From a bacterium (lineage in GTDB: Bacteria; Bacillota_I; Bacilli_A; RFN20; CAG-288), in contig CAVFFP010000004.1 in the NCBI GenBank assembly GCA_963621825.1, positions 71,718 through 135,717 of the forward strand: a DNA stretch of 64,000 nt, written 5' to 3'. The position numbers were made by a program, and so were the translations under genes. Shown piece after piece: positions 1 to 9,959 of this stretch. Position 1 is the first letter of the stretch. Each line of letters starts with the position of its first letter. The notes below the pieces were generated by a model. The model saw only the letters and a list, made by a program, of their open reading frames with translations, did no database searches and was not told the DNA's origin.

Positions 1-1
1 T

Positions 2-910
2 GTCATGGGCGACAAGAAGGATTCTGATTTCTCTGTTCTTTCCAGACTCTGGAAGGGTATCACCCAGGCAAAGGCTAACTCTGTCGCTGATGGCCGTTAT
101 GGCAGTGAAATCGTTCTTACCGCTGAGGAAGAACAGTGGCTTAGAGACAATGACATTCTTCCTTCTGACAGCTCCCAGGATGCTACTGCTTCCGGTACAT
201 TGATGGGTAAGGTTCTCTCCGATGAGAAGAAGCTCGAAGATGGCAGAGACAACATTCATCAGGTCGATACTTCCTTAGAGAGCACTTATACTGGCTCTTA
301 TGCCTATGATTATAAGACTGGTGTCAGAAAGGCTATCGATGATATCGCCACAAAGAATCTTGTCACCGAAGGCATCTATCTTTCCTCCGGCGGCATCTCC
401 TCTATCCCGAGCGATTTGTCCTCCCGTATCTTCTCTTCTAAGATTACCACTGATAAGTCTACTGTTGAATTGATGAAACAGGATGCTCAGGAAGGTAAGA
501 CTGTCAGACGTGATATCACCGTCTATGGAAAGGATGGCTTCCGCTATCTCACCACAAGTGATACACTTACCGATTCTATCGATAATCTCTATTACTATGA
601 TTCCTCTTCCAAAACCTACTATCTCACCCGTATCTTAGATGTTGTCAGCTCTTCTGCTCTCTCTACCACTTCTACAACTTCCATCTATGATTCCGCTGAG
701 AAGAAGGAACAGATTGCCCGTGAAGTCGCATACACCATGTCAACCACCGGTTCCTATAAGACGAACTCCATCGTCTATTGGCTCAGCCGTACTGACATCA
801 AGTACTCCGACGAAGACTTCCTCGAATACATCAAGTCCAATTACAAGGATGTCTTCAAGACTGACAACCCGTATTCCTCTGAAGACAAGATTACTCTTCC
901 TACCGCCTAA
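2..910 (+). CDS. 5'-truncated CDS: C-terminal part of a Ser/Thr-rich protein of unknown function, possibly surface-associated
   Basis: Open frame runs to the window edge; the Met at 5 is unlikely to be the true start. The composition is Ser/Thr/Asp-rich and I recognise no catalytic motif. Confidence 0.4.
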   Translation, partial: VMGDKKDSDFSVLSRLWKGITQAKANSVADGRYGSEIVLTAEEEQWLRDNDILPSDSSQDATASGTLMGKVLSDEKKLEDGRDNIHQVDTSLESTYTGSYAYDYKTGVRKAIDDIATKNLVTEGIYLSSGGISSIPSDLSSRIFSSKITTDKSTVELMKQDAQEGKTVRRDITVYGKDGFRYLTTSDTLTDSIDNLYYYDSSSKTYYLTRILDVVSSSALSTTSTTSIYDSAEKKEQIAREVAYTMSTTGSYKTNSIVYWLSRTDIKYSDEDFLEYIKSNYKDVFKTDNPYSSEDKITLPTA

Positions 911-969
911 AACTAATTAAGAGAAGGCCTATGTGCCTTCTCTTTTTCAAAAAAACATAGGAGAAAATT

Positions 970-1395
970 ATGGATAATAAAAAAGACAATTCTTGTATTT
1001 TCTGTAAAATCGCAAACGGAACAATCCCTTGCTACAAAGTCTATGAAGATAGCGAGATCATCGCTTTCCTCGATGTCAATCCTGCTAGCCGAGGTCATAC
1101 CCTTGTCCTACCAAAAGAGCACTTCACTAGCATGCTGACTTGCCCGAAGAACATTCTTGACCATGCTTATGAGGTGGCTCAGTTGATCGCTCAGGCACAG
1201 ATTTCACAGCTTGGAGCGACAGGATGCAATATCTTAACCAATGCAGGTCGTTCTGCCGGTCAGACCGTTCCTCATTTCCACATCCATGTCATTCCTCGTT
1301 ATGAGGATGATGGACTGAAATTGGAATTCCCTCCTCGTCAGTTGGAGGATTCCGAGATGAAGAACGTCCTTTCTTCCATCAAGAAAGGATTCTGA
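970..1395 (+). CDS. HIT-family (histidine triad) nucleotide hydrolase
   Basis: 141 aa. Histidine triad motif VPHFHIHVIPR. RBS-like AGGAGAAAA lies upstream of the ATG. Confidence 0.85.
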   Translation: MDNKKDNSCIFCKIANGTIPCYKVYEDSEIIAFLDVNPASRGHTLVLPKEHFTSMLTCPKNILDHAYEVAQLIAQAQISQLGATGCNILTNAGRSAGQTVPHFHIHVIPRYEDDGLKLEFPPRQLEDSEMKNVLSSIKKGF

Positions 1396-1410
1396 ACTCT
1401 TCACTTTCTG

Positions 1411-1442
1411 TCCCACTCGGAAATCCCGGGTGGGATTTTCTT
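1411..1442 (+). terminator. Rho-independent terminator after the HIT gene
   Basis: 10-bp stem (tcccactcgg/cccgggtggga, one G-U pair), 5-nt loop, followed by TTTTCTT. Confidence 0.55.
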
Positions 1443-1612
1443 AACTCAATAAAACGCATTATTTTCCATCTTATTTCCGAGTTTGTTCCGTCTAACTTTC
1501 TCAGAATATTACGAAAATCATCCGTTTTTTATCGTTTTTGTTGCTCTGTTTTCTTATTGTGAATAAAATACTATAGTTATCATAAATATTGCTATATGTT
1601 TGGAGGGCTGTT

Positions 1613-2434
1613 ATGGATAAACTTATCATTTCTCATATTGCCTGTGAGGCGGAAGGCAAAGAGATTCTCAGCGATGTTTCTCTTTCTGTCACTAAGGGAG
1701 ACTGCATCGCTTTATTAGGACCGAATGGTCACGGAAAATCTACGCTTCTCAACGTTCTGATGGGAAGTCCGAAATACAAAGTCACAAATGGTTCTGTCTC
1801 TTTGGATGGGGAAGACATTCTTTCTCTTTCTACCGATGAAAGAAGCAAGAAAGGTATCTTCATGGCCTTCCAGAATCCTCCGGAAGTTCCTGGTGTTGTC
1901 ACGATGGATTTTTATCGTGCCATGCTTAATGCAAGAAGTGAAAAGCCGATTTCTTTGATCAAGTTCTACCGTGATACCACTTCTTCGTATGAAAAGGTCG
2001 GACTAGATTCTGCTATGGCAAGCCGTCATCTCAACGAGGGTTATTCTGGCGGTGAGAAGAAGAGAAATGAAATCCTTCAGATGCTTATGCTCACTCCATC
2101 TTTGGCATTAATCGATGAAATCGATTCCGGCTTGGATGTCGATGCACTCAATGTCATCTCTGATGTCATCAACGAGATGAAGGAAAAAGGAACTACCTTT
2201 ATCATCATCTCTCATTACGATAGACTTTACGATCTTGTCCATGTCAACCGAACTGCTATCATGGTCAACGGCAAAATCGCTTTGGAAGGCGATGCTTCTT
2301 TAGCAAAGAGAATTTCCAAAGAAGGATATTCTTTCTTGCAGAAGGAATACAACATCAAGATCACCAAGGATGAGAAGACAGCCAATGATGTCTCCATCGG
2401 TTCCTGTGGTGTGAAGCAGATCATCGAAAAGTAG
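1613..2434 (+). CDS. sufC: Fe-S cluster assembly ATPase SufC
   Basis: Walker A GPNGHGKST and ABC signature YSGGEKKR. GGAGGG RBS sits 8 nt upstream of the ATG at 1613, so the ORF-track start at 1589 is probably too early. First gene of the suf operon. Confidence 0.9.
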   Translation: MDKLIISHIACEAEGKEILSDVSLSVTKGDCIALLGPNGHGKSTLLNVLMGSPKYKVTNGSVSLDGEDILSLSTDERSKKGIFMAFQNPPEVPGVVTMDFYRAMLNARSEKPISLIKFYRDTTSSYEKVGLDSAMASRHLNEGYSGGEKKRNEILQMLMLTPSLALIDEIDSGLDVDALNVISDVINEMKEKGTTFIIISHYDRLYDLVHVNRTAIMVNGKIALEGDASLAKRISKEGYSFLQKEYNIKITKDEKTANDVSIGSCGVKQIIEK

Positions 2435-2441
2435 GTGACAG

Positions 2442-3116
2442 ATGAAAAGCGTTTTTAGAAACCCAGAATCTTTTTCTTCCACTTTGATGATTACGGAAGA
2501 TACGCATCTGGTATATTTCATCTCGGAAAGAGACAAGAAGGATACCTTCAAAATGGATATCTCTGTTTCGGAAGGAGTCTCTTTGAAACTGACATACATC
2601 GATTTTTCTCTTTCGGATGTCGATGCTGATTTTGAAATCTCCCTTAACGAAAGTTCCAGCGCTGAAATCTCTTTGGCGTCTTTGAATTCCTCCTGTGAAA
2701 AACTTTATCGAATCAATGTCTATCATAATGGCATGAAATCCTATTCCAGAACAAAGATGGGTGGAATCAACTCCGGAACCGGAGTCATGAAATTCTTAGG
2801 ATGCTCCTTTATCAAGAATGGAGCTCATAAGAGCGATACAAGACAGGAAGGAAAGATTACCAATCTCTCTCCTGACTGCAAGAGTGAAGTCTCACCTTCC
2901 CTTTTGATCAAAGAAAATGACGTTAAAGCAAGCCATGGTGCTGCTTTAGGCGCATATAATCCGGATCATCTCTATTACCTGATGAGCCGTGGTCTTACTA
3001 TGGATGAGAGTAAGAGATTAGTCACATATGGTTCTCTTCTTCCTATGATTGAATCCGCTGAGGATGAAGGACTTATCGAAGAAGCGAAGAATGCATTAGG
3101 AGCTTTGACAATATGA
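2442..3116 (+). CDS. sufD: SufD-like Fe-S assembly protein, unusually short (224 aa)
   Basis: C-terminal SufB/SufD motif [13 protein letters not shown]. It sits between sufC and sufS and overlaps sufS by ATGA. Confidence 0.7.
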   Translation: MKSVFRNPESFSSTLMITEDTHLVYFISERDKKDTFKMDISVSEGVSLKLTYIDFSLSDVDADFEISLNESSSAEISLASLNSSCEKLYRINVYHNGMKSYSRTKMGGINSGTGVMKFLGCSFIKNGAHKSDTRQEGKITNLSPDCKSEVSPSLLIKENDVKASHGAALGAYNPDHLYYLMSRGLTMDESKRLVTYGSLLPMIESAEDEGLIEEAKNALGALTI

Positions 3117-4348
3117 AATTCGATCCCTATCAGTACCGTCATGATTTCCCGATGTATGAGGAACACAATAGCCTGTTCAAGGGCCTTCCTTTAGTGTATC
3201 TCGATAATTCTGCAACGACATTCAAACCTTATTCTGTCATTGAGGCGGAAAACCACTACTATAAAGACATCACTGCAAACACAAGAAGAGGAGATTACTC
3301 TCTTGCTCATGAAGCGGATGTCGCCTTAGAAGAATCCAGAAAGACAGTAGCCCGTTTTCTGAATGCTAACGAGGAAGAGGTCTGTTTCACCTCTGGTGAT
3401 ACGATGGCGATGAATGAAGTAGCGTATGGCCTTATCCCACATCTGAAAAGCGGAGATGAGATTCTCCTTTCCATGGAAGAGCATGCTTCCAATGTCCTTC
3501 CTTGGTTTCAAGTAGCCAAGATCACAGGCGCAAAAATTACTTATATTCCCTTTGATGAAAACGGAAGACTTACCGTTGAAAACTTTAAAAAATCTTTGAC
3601 AGATCATACCAAGGTCGTCTCTTTGGCCTCGGTAAGCAATGTGTTAGGTTATTCTCTTCCTGTGAAGGAGTTTGTAAGACTCGCTCATGAAAAAGGCGCC
3701 ATCTACGTCGATGATGCAGCACAGAGCGTTCCCCATATGAAGATTGATGTCAAAGATAGCGATGTGGATTTCCTTGCTTTCTCTGGACACAAGATGGTCG
3801 GACCTACAGGCACTGGTGTCTTATACGGAAAGAAGGAGATGCTAGAGAAGATTTCTCCGACTTTCTATGGCGGAGAGATGAACGCTAGATTCGATTCTAC
3901 TGGGTATCTTTCTTTGGATGATCTTCCTTATCGTCTGGAAGCCGGAACACAGAACGTCGCTGGTATTCTAGGTTTGGCAAAGGCCTGCGAATATCTGACT
4001 GCTATCGGATTCGATAGGATTCACGAGCATGAGCTTCAATTGAGAAACTTAGCCGTGGAAGGACTGAAGAGAAACGGAAACGCCGTTTTATACAATGAGG
4101 ATGCGGATAGTGGCATTGTCACATTCAACATCAAGGATGTTTTTGCACAGGATGTCGCCACTTATCTTTCTAGCAAAGGAGTCTTTGTCAGAAGCGGACA
4201 GCATTGCGCAAAGATTCTTCCTGAGTATCTGAAGACACAGGGTACCGTTCGTGCCTCTTTCTATCTCTACAACACGGAAGAAGATGTTGAAGCCTTTGTC
4301 AAGGCTTGTTCTACAGCGGAGGATTTCTTAGATGCCTTTTTCAATTAA
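3113..4348 (+). CDS. sufS: Cysteine desulfurase SufS (PLP-dependent, class V aminotransferase fold)
   Basis: 411 aa. SGHKMVGPTGTGVLYG PLP-lysine region. Located in the suf operon. Confidence 0.9.
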   Translation: MKFDPYQYRHDFPMYEEHNSLFKGLPLVYLDNSATTFKPYSVIEAENHYYKDITANTRRGDYSLAHEADVALEESRKTVARFLNANEEEVCFTSGDTMAMNEVAYGLIPHLKSGDEILLSMEEHASNVLPWFQVAKITGAKITYIPFDENGRLTVENFKKSLTDHTKVVSLASVSNVLGYSLPVKEFVRLAHEKGAIYVDDAAQSVPHMKIDVKDSDVDFLAFSGHKMVGPTGTGVLYGKKEMLEKISPTFYGGEMNARFDSTGYLSLDDLPYRLEAGTQNVAGILGLAKACEYLTAIGFDRIHEHELQLRNLAVEGLKRNGNAVLYNEDADSGIVTFNIKDVFAQDVATYLSSKGVFVRSGQHCAKILPEYLKTQGTVRASFYLYNTEEDVEAFVKACSTAEDFLDAFFN

Positions 4349-4784
4349 CGATCCCGAAATCATGAGGGAAATCATTGTCGATAACTATCAGAACCCGAGA
4401 AACTTCAAAGAAGTGGATGATAATAGATATATCACAATCCATATGGACTCTGCTTCCTGCATTGATGACATTTACATTCAAGTCCTTTTTGAAGGCGATG
4501 TGGTAAAAGACTGCAAGTGGCACGGAAAAGGTTGTGCCATCTCTACTGCCTCTACCTCTATCATGAGTGAGATGATATTAGGAAAAAGCAAAGAGGAAGC
4601 CTTAGCTATGATGGATGAGTTTAATAAGATGCTTGCCGGCCAGGATTTCAACGAAGAACTCCTTGGCGACGCTATCTGCTTTGTCAACGTCAACAGACAG
4701 CCCTCTAGAATCACATGTGCCAACATCTCTTGGCGCGGATTGCAGAAAGCCTTTTTAGAAGAGGAGAAGAAAGAACATGAATGA
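4332..4784 (+). CDS. sufU: SufU/IscU-type sulfur transfer/scaffold protein
   Basis: 150 aa. NifU/IscU-like conserved Cys and Asp positions (DSASCID ... GKGCAIS). GGAGGA RBS 8 nt upstream. Overlaps the sufS 3' end. Confidence 0.8.
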   Translation: MPFSINDPEIMREIIVDNYQNPRNFKEVDDNRYITIHMDSASCIDDIYIQVLFEGDVVKDCKWHGKGCAISTASTSIMSEMILGKSKEEALAMMDEFNKMLAGQDFNEELLGDAICFVNVNRQPSRITCANISWRGLQKAFLEEEKKEHE

Positions 4785-6186
4785 GAAGGAGAAAGAACTG
4801 CTCGATCAGGATGATCGTGCCAAATATGAGTTCCGCGATAAGGATATCGCCATCTATCGTACTCCGAAAGGATTGAACGAAGATATCGTCCGCGAAATCT
4901 CACAGATTAAGAATGAACCGGATTTCATGTTGGAGTTCCGTCTGAAATCCTATCGTGAATTCGTCAAACATCATCAGCCCCATTTCGGACCGAATCTCAA
5001 TTGGATCGATTTCCAGGATTACACCTACTATACAAGAGTCTCTGAAAAGATTGCTCAGGACTGGAAAGATGTTCCGGATGAAGTCAAAAACACCTTTGAC
5101 AAATTAGGCATTCCGGAAGCGGAACAGAAGTTCCTTTCCGGTGTCACGACGCAGTATGAGTCGGAGGCTGTCTATAGCAACATGCTTAAGGAAGTTACGG
5201 ATAAGGGGGTTGTCTTCCTCGACACGGATACAGGACTAAAAGAATATCCGGAGCTTTTCAAAAAGTATTTCGGAAAACTTGTTCCTCCTCAGGATAACAA
5301 ATACGCTGCTTTGAACTCCGCAGTCTGGAGCGGTGGCAGTTTTATCTATGTCCCCAAAGGGGTGAAACTGGATAAACCGTTACAGTCCTATTTCCGTATC
5401 AACAATAAGAGAAGTGGACAGTTTGAAAGAACTCTCATCATTGTGGATGATGATGCTGAACTCAATTATGTTGAAGGCTGCACAGCTCCGATGTATTCGG
5501 AGGAGTCTCTCCATGCCGCCATCGTTGAAATCTTTGTTGGAAAGAGAGCGAAGATGCGTTATACCACAATCCAGAACTGGTCGAACTCCATTCTGAATTT
5601 AGTCACACAGCGTGCCATTGTCGATGATGATGGATTGATGGAATGGGTCGATGGAAACATTGGATCCAAGCTCTGCATGAAATATCCATGCTGTGTCTTA
5701 AAAGGCGAAAGAAGCAAAGGCTCTGTCATCTCGGTCGCCGTTGCCGGAGAAGGACAGTTCCAGGATACGGGTGCCAAGATGATTCATTTAGGTAAGGAAT
5801 CCTCTTCTACCATTATCTCCAAGTCTATCGCCAGAAATGGCGGAACGAGCAATTTCCGCGGTCAGATCCACATTGCAAAGACTGCTCTCAATTCCAAAGC
5901 GCATGAAGAGTGCGATACCTTGATTCTTGATGATCACTCCTATTCGGATACGATTCCGAACAATGTCGTTGAGAATGCGTCCTCTTATCTCGAACATGAG
6001 GCAAGCGTATCTCAGATCAATGAAGATCAGCTCTATTATCTCATGAGCAGAGGCTTGAATAAGGCTAGTGCGACTCAGATGATCGTCATGGGATTCTTAG
6101 AACCGTTCAGTAAGGAACTTCCGATGGAATATGCGGTAGAACTGAACCAGCTCATTAAATTTGATATGTCAGGTTCGATAGGATAA
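4777..6186 (+). CDS. sufB: Fe-S cluster assembly protein SufB
   Basis: 469 aa. C-terminal [11 protein letters not shown] motif. Last gene of the suf operon. Confidence 0.85.
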   Translation: MNEKEKELLDQDDRAKYEFRDKDIAIYRTPKGLNEDIVREISQIKNEPDFMLEFRLKSYREFVKHHQPHFGPNLNWIDFQDYTYYTRVSEKIAQDWKDVPDEVKNTFDKLGIPEAEQKFLSGVTTQYESEAVYSNMLKEVTDKGVVFLDTDTGLKEYPELFKKYFGKLVPPQDNKYAALNSAVWSGGSFIYVPKGVKLDKPLQSYFRINNKRSGQFERTLIIVDDDAELNYVEGCTAPMYSEESLHAAIVEIFVGKRAKMRYTTIQNWSNSILNLVTQRAIVDDDGLMEWVDGNIGSKLCMKYPCCVLKGERSKGSVISVAVAGEGQFQDTGAKMIHLGKESSSTIISKSIARNGGTSNFRGQIHIAKTALNSKAHEECDTLILDDHSYSDTIPNNVVENASSYLEHEASVSQINEDQLYYLMSRGLNKASATQMIVMGFLEPFSKELPMEYAVELNQLIKFDMSGSIG

Positions 6187-6188
6187 TT

Positions 6189-8075
6189 ATGTTCAATATC
6201 ATCAAAAAAGAATATGATGTCATCGTCGTCGGTGGAGGTCACGCGGGAACCGAGGCATGCTATGCCGCGAGTCAGATGGGACTGAAGACACTCTTGTTGT
6301 GCCTTAATTTTAAGATGGTCTCCAATATGCCCTGCAATCCCCATATCGGCGGCAGTGCGAAGGGCATTGTTGTAAGAGAAATCGATGCCTTAGGTGGCAT
6401 CATGGGAAAGATGGCCGATATGAAAGGCTCGCTTCTTCAGATCAAGGAACTGAATACTTCCAAAGGACCTGGTGTGCGTTGCCTTCGTGCCCAAGAGGAT
6501 AAGATCGGTTATCCTAGAAATGTGCAGAATCATCTGCTCACTTTGAACAATCTAGATATCAAAGAAGCGGAAGCGAAGAAGATCGTTGTTGAAGATAACG
6601 TTGTGACTGGAATCGTTTTGGAAGATAACACTTTCATCAAATGCAAAGCGATTGTTCTTGCTACTGGCACCCATATGGAGTCTAGAATCCTCCGCGGACA
6701 CGAAATCAAGGACGAAGGCCCTGATGGCGAGAAATCTTCTCATGGACTTTCTGCTTCTATCGCCTCATTAGGCTTGAATATGCTCCGCTTAAAGACAGGA
6801 ACCCCGCCTAGACTCGATCCTTCTACAATCGATTACAGTGATTTATCCATCGAACTTGGAAATGAGGGAAGACACGCTTTCTCTTATGATACAACTGAGT
6901 TTATGTCTTTAGAGGATATGCTTCCCTGCTACTTGACCTATACGAATGAAACGACGCATGAAATCATCCGTGAACACCTCAAAGAATCTAGCATGTACGG
7001 TGGCGTAGTCGAAGGCATCGGTCCTCGTTACTGTCCGTCGATTGAAGATAAAGTAGTCCGCTTCAAAGATAAAATCCGTCATCAGCTTTTCTTAGAACCG
7101 GAGAGCAAGGAATTTTCTTCCTGCTATGTGGATGGATTATCTACTTCCATGCCTCAGTATGTTCAGGAGATGATCGTCCATTCCATCCATGGATTGGAAC
7201 ATGCTCAATTTTTGAAGTACGCTTATGCGATTGAATATGATGCAATTGAACCGAGTCAGCTTCTGCACTCTCTTCAGGTCAGAGGAATCAAAGGACTCTA
7301 TGTCTCCGGTCAGATTGCGGGCACTTCCGGCTATGAGGAAGCGGCTGCATTAGGACTGATGGCTGGAATCAACGCTTCTCTTTCCATTTTAGGAAGAGAA
7401 CCTTTTGTCTTAAAGAGGGATGAAGCCTATATCGGAATCATGATCGATGATATTGTCACTAAAGGAACAAAAGAACCATACCGACTTCTTTCTTCCAGAA
7501 GTGAATTCCGTCTTATCACAAGGAGTGACAACGCGGATAGTAGACTCGCTAAGTTCGGATATGAGGTAGGTCTCAACTCTAAAGAGAGATATGATAGACT
7601 GAACTCCAGAACAGAGAAGGTGATGATGGCGATTGAGGAACTGAACTCTCATCAGGTCGCTTCCAATGGTAAACTGAGAGAGTACATCAAGTCGTTAGGC
7701 TTCCCGGAACCAAACGGAAATGAAACGATGAAACAAACGCTCAGAAGACAGGGAGCCAAATATGAAGAGATACGAAAGTGTGTCGACTTCCTTCCTGTCC
7801 TCGATGAGGAAGAACAGTTCAAGTGCGAGACGGAAGTCAAGTATGAGGGCTATATCCTCGCCGAAAGAAAAGAAGCAAAGAGAAGAGAAGATTATCAGGA
7901 ACTCGAACTTCCGGAAAACCTGGATTACAAGAATATGCAGGGGCTTTCCTTGGAAGCGAGAGAAAAACTTACTCTCTATCGTCCGAAGACCTTAGGAGAA
8001 GCGATGAGGATTACGAATGTCCATCCTTCTGATATCGATGTTCTCTCCTTCTATGTAAGACATCACGGAAAATAA
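6189..8075 (+). CDS. mnmG: tRNA uridine 5-carboxymethylaminomethyl modification enzyme MnmG (GidA)
   Basis: 628 aa. N-terminal FAD-binding motif YDVIVVGGGHAGTEA and MnmG-typical NPHIGGSAKG. Confidence 0.95.
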   Translation: MFNIIKKEYDVIVVGGGHAGTEACYAASQMGLKTLLLCLNFKMVSNMPCNPHIGGSAKGIVVREIDALGGIMGKMADMKGSLLQIKELNTSKGPGVRCLRAQEDKIGYPRNVQNHLLTLNNLDIKEAEAKKIVVEDNVVTGIVLEDNTFIKCKAIVLATGTHMESRILRGHEIKDEGPDGEKSSHGLSASIASLGLNMLRLKTGTPPRLDPSTIDYSDLSIELGNEGRHAFSYDTTEFMSLEDMLPCYLTYTNETTHEIIREHLKESSMYGGVVEGIGPRYCPSIEDKVVRFKDKIRHQLFLEPESKEFSSCYVDGLSTSMPQYVQEMIVHSIHGLEHAQFLKYAYAIEYDAIEPSQLLHSLQVRGIKGLYVSGQIAGTSGYEEAAALGLMAGINASLSILGREPFVLKRDEAYIGIMIDDIVTKGTKEPYRLLSSRSEFRLITRSDNADSRLAKFGYEVGLNSKERYDRLNSRTEKVMMAIEELNSHQVASNGKLREYIKSLGFPEPNGNETMKQTLRRQGAKYEEIRKCVDFLPVLDEEEQFKCETEVKYEGYILAERKEAKRREDYQELELPENLDYKNMQGLSLEAREKLTLYRPKTLGEAMRITNVHPSDIDVLSFYVRHHGK

Positions 8076-8130
8076 AATAGCTTCTATGGTTTATGCAATT
8101 AAGCACATTCCATAGAAGCTTTTCTTTTAG
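8069..8130. terminator. Bidirectional Rho-independent terminator between convergent mnmG and the 8127-9875 gene
   Basis: Perfect 11-bp inverted repeat agcttctatgg / ccatagaagct (8079-8089 and 8110-8120). An A-run lies upstream and a T-run downstream. Confidence 0.6.
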
Positions 8131-9875
8131 TCTTCGATTTTGGACGGATCCAAATAGGTGTGTTCTAAAGGAGAGAGAAGCCTTGCGTTGACATAGGCTT
8201 GTTTCGAGGTGAGTATTGTCTGGCCTTGATAGTTTCCGCTCTGTGTCTTTTCTACTAGTAAAACAGCTTCGATTCCTTTGTTGCTATTGAATTCCAAAGG
8301 AAGCATCATCGAAATCACATTCCTAGTAGGGAAGAAAGATGCTAATGCGGTTCGATAATCGTATTCTACCATTCTTTTTGCCTTGGCAATGGTATTGTCT
8401 AAGCTTGTCTTCAATAACGTGTAGAGAAGGCTGTTTTTCTCGATGCTGGCTTCTAGTTTACGATAGAGTCTCTCTTGTGCAATCTCATTCTTTGCTTTCT
8501 TGATCGATTCTAAGATGGATTTTTCCTCTGCAAAAGGAGCGACCATCGTAGAAAGGTAATCGAGCGGGAAACGATCAATGTTGTCTAATATGATATGTTT
8601 CTCATCGGTGTGGATTTCTTTGCTGGTATCAAAATAGACCTCATCGGGATTATCGATGTAGGTGGCTCTTTTCGGAAGAGGATTGAAGTGCTCGACGATG
8701 ATCTTTCCTAAGCCCTGGCTTGCAGAGACGGTGAAACCTTGGAATAGATATTTCTCTTGGATTGTCTTGTCTTTGCTAAGCAAAAGAACAGCATAGATGT
8801 CTTCGTATTCTTCTGTTTTCAGTCCGGTGTTGAAAGCCGCAAAGCCACTTTTGCTGTCTAAGAAGATTCTCTTCTGACTCTCTAATCTGTAATAGGTGTA
8901 CTGAAGATAGATTTTCAGTATGATGTAGGGGTCTTTGGAATGACGGTATCCCCATTTCTCTTTCTTGGCAAGGAGAGAGAGTTCTTTGATGCTTTTGTCA
9001 TAATCGGTGAAATGAATATCGTTCTTCAGTGCGTTCTTCGGTTTCTCTCTGTCCGCTCCTAAGAAGTTGATCAGATACTTGTACTCGTTTTTTCCGTCCG
9101 TCTTTTTGATACTGGCAATCAGAGTCTCTTTGTCTTTGCTTAAGAAGGAAAGCGGGAAGATGTAGCAGTCATCCTTCAGAGTCACCTTTCCCTCTTTTCT
9201 GCTTTTCAGATAGTCCTTTAGGACCTGAGTTTTTAAAGAGGAATTGTCTAATCCTAAGTCGGTGAAATCCTTGATGGATAGGCATAAGGAGTCAGGGAAA
9301 AGGAGTTCCTTGGCGTTGATGACAGGGAACTCTTTCTCTTTCTTGTTTTCCTTTTTTGTTACCTTCTTGATGCTTTTTCCTTCGACAAGAATGACAGAGA
9401 CAATGTGTGTCTTTTTGTCTTCGGCAATCTGAACATCAGGAGCGAATTCATGGAGAAGATTTTTGATTTTAGAGTATCCATACTCTTTGTAGTTGATTCC
9501 AGAATCCAATAGGAATTGACCGACATGGGAAAGCGGATAGGGAGTATTCGGCTCATATTTGGTTCTGAGCAGAGAAGAAATCTTCTCTTTTTCTTTCTCT
9601 GTCAGTGTTTTTTTGTTGTCCTTCGTTTTTTCTCCAACCGAAAAATTATGAATGACAACGTAGACATCCTCATGACCCTTTGCCTTACGCGTTTTCAGAG
9701 AGAGGAATTCCAAGTCATTGAGCAATGACTTCATTTTTTTATAACCGAATTCCATATAGTCGATGTTCTTGCTTTTTAAATATAAAGCGAGTGAAGCAAG
9801 AGGGATATCGACTCCTTTCTCAAAATTCTCCAGCAAAAGGCCATAAATGTCTTTCTTTTGTTTTAAAGTTAACAT
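8127..9875 (-). CDS. Hypothetical 582-aa protein with two tandem N-terminal ~75-aa repeats resembling OST-HTH/LOTUS domains and a DUF3825-like C-terminal region
   Basis: Internal repeat DIYGLLLENFEKGVDIPLASLALYLKSKNIDYMEFGYKKMKSLLNDL versus ISSLLRTKYEPNTPYPLSHVGQFLLDSGINYKEYGYSKIKNLLHEF. AAAGAGG RBS 7 nt upstream of the ATG. The family assignment is from memory of the domain patterns only. Confidence 0.45.
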   Translation of the reverse strand: MLTLKQKKDIYGLLLENFEKGVDIPLASLALYLKSKNIDYMEFGYKKMKSLLNDLEFLSLKTRKAKGHEDVYVVIHNFSVGEKTKDNKKTLTEKEKEKISSLLRTKYEPNTPYPLSHVGQFLLDSGINYKEYGYSKIKNLLHEFAPDVQIAEDKKTHIVSVILVEGKSIKKVTKKENKKEKEFPVINAKELLFPDSLCLSIKDFTDLGLDNSSLKTQVLKDYLKSRKEGKVTLKDDCYIFPLSFLSKDKETLIASIKKTDGKNEYKYLINFLGADREKPKNALKNDIHFTDYDKSIKELSLLAKKEKWGYRHSKDPYIILKIYLQYTYYRLESQKRIFLDSKSGFAAFNTGLKTEEYEDIYAVLLLSKDKTIQEKYLFQGFTVSASQGLGKIIVEHFNPLPKRATYIDNPDEVYFDTSKEIHTDEKHIILDNIDRFPLDYLSTMVAPFAEEKSILESIKKAKNEIAQERLYRKLEASIEKNSLLYTLLKTSLDNTIAKAKRMVEYDYRTALASFFPTRNVISMMLPLEFNSNKGIEAVLLVEKTQSGNYQGQTILTSKQAYVNARLLSPLEHTYLDPSKIED

Positions 9876-9959
9876 TTTATAACCTCTTTGTCTTTAGGGT
9901 TTTAAAGACAATTCATTATAACGCTTTTGGCAATGATTTCAAAACGGGAAAGAAAAGAC

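Noticed and set aside
639-920. 93-aa ORF in an alternative frame inside the first CDS
   Set aside because: Its product is Pro/Ser/Arg-rich low-complexity sequence. The frame overlaps the main CDS and lacks an RBS.
1425-1430. CCCGGG palindrome
   Set aside because: Simply part of the terminator stem after the HIT gene. It has no independent significance.
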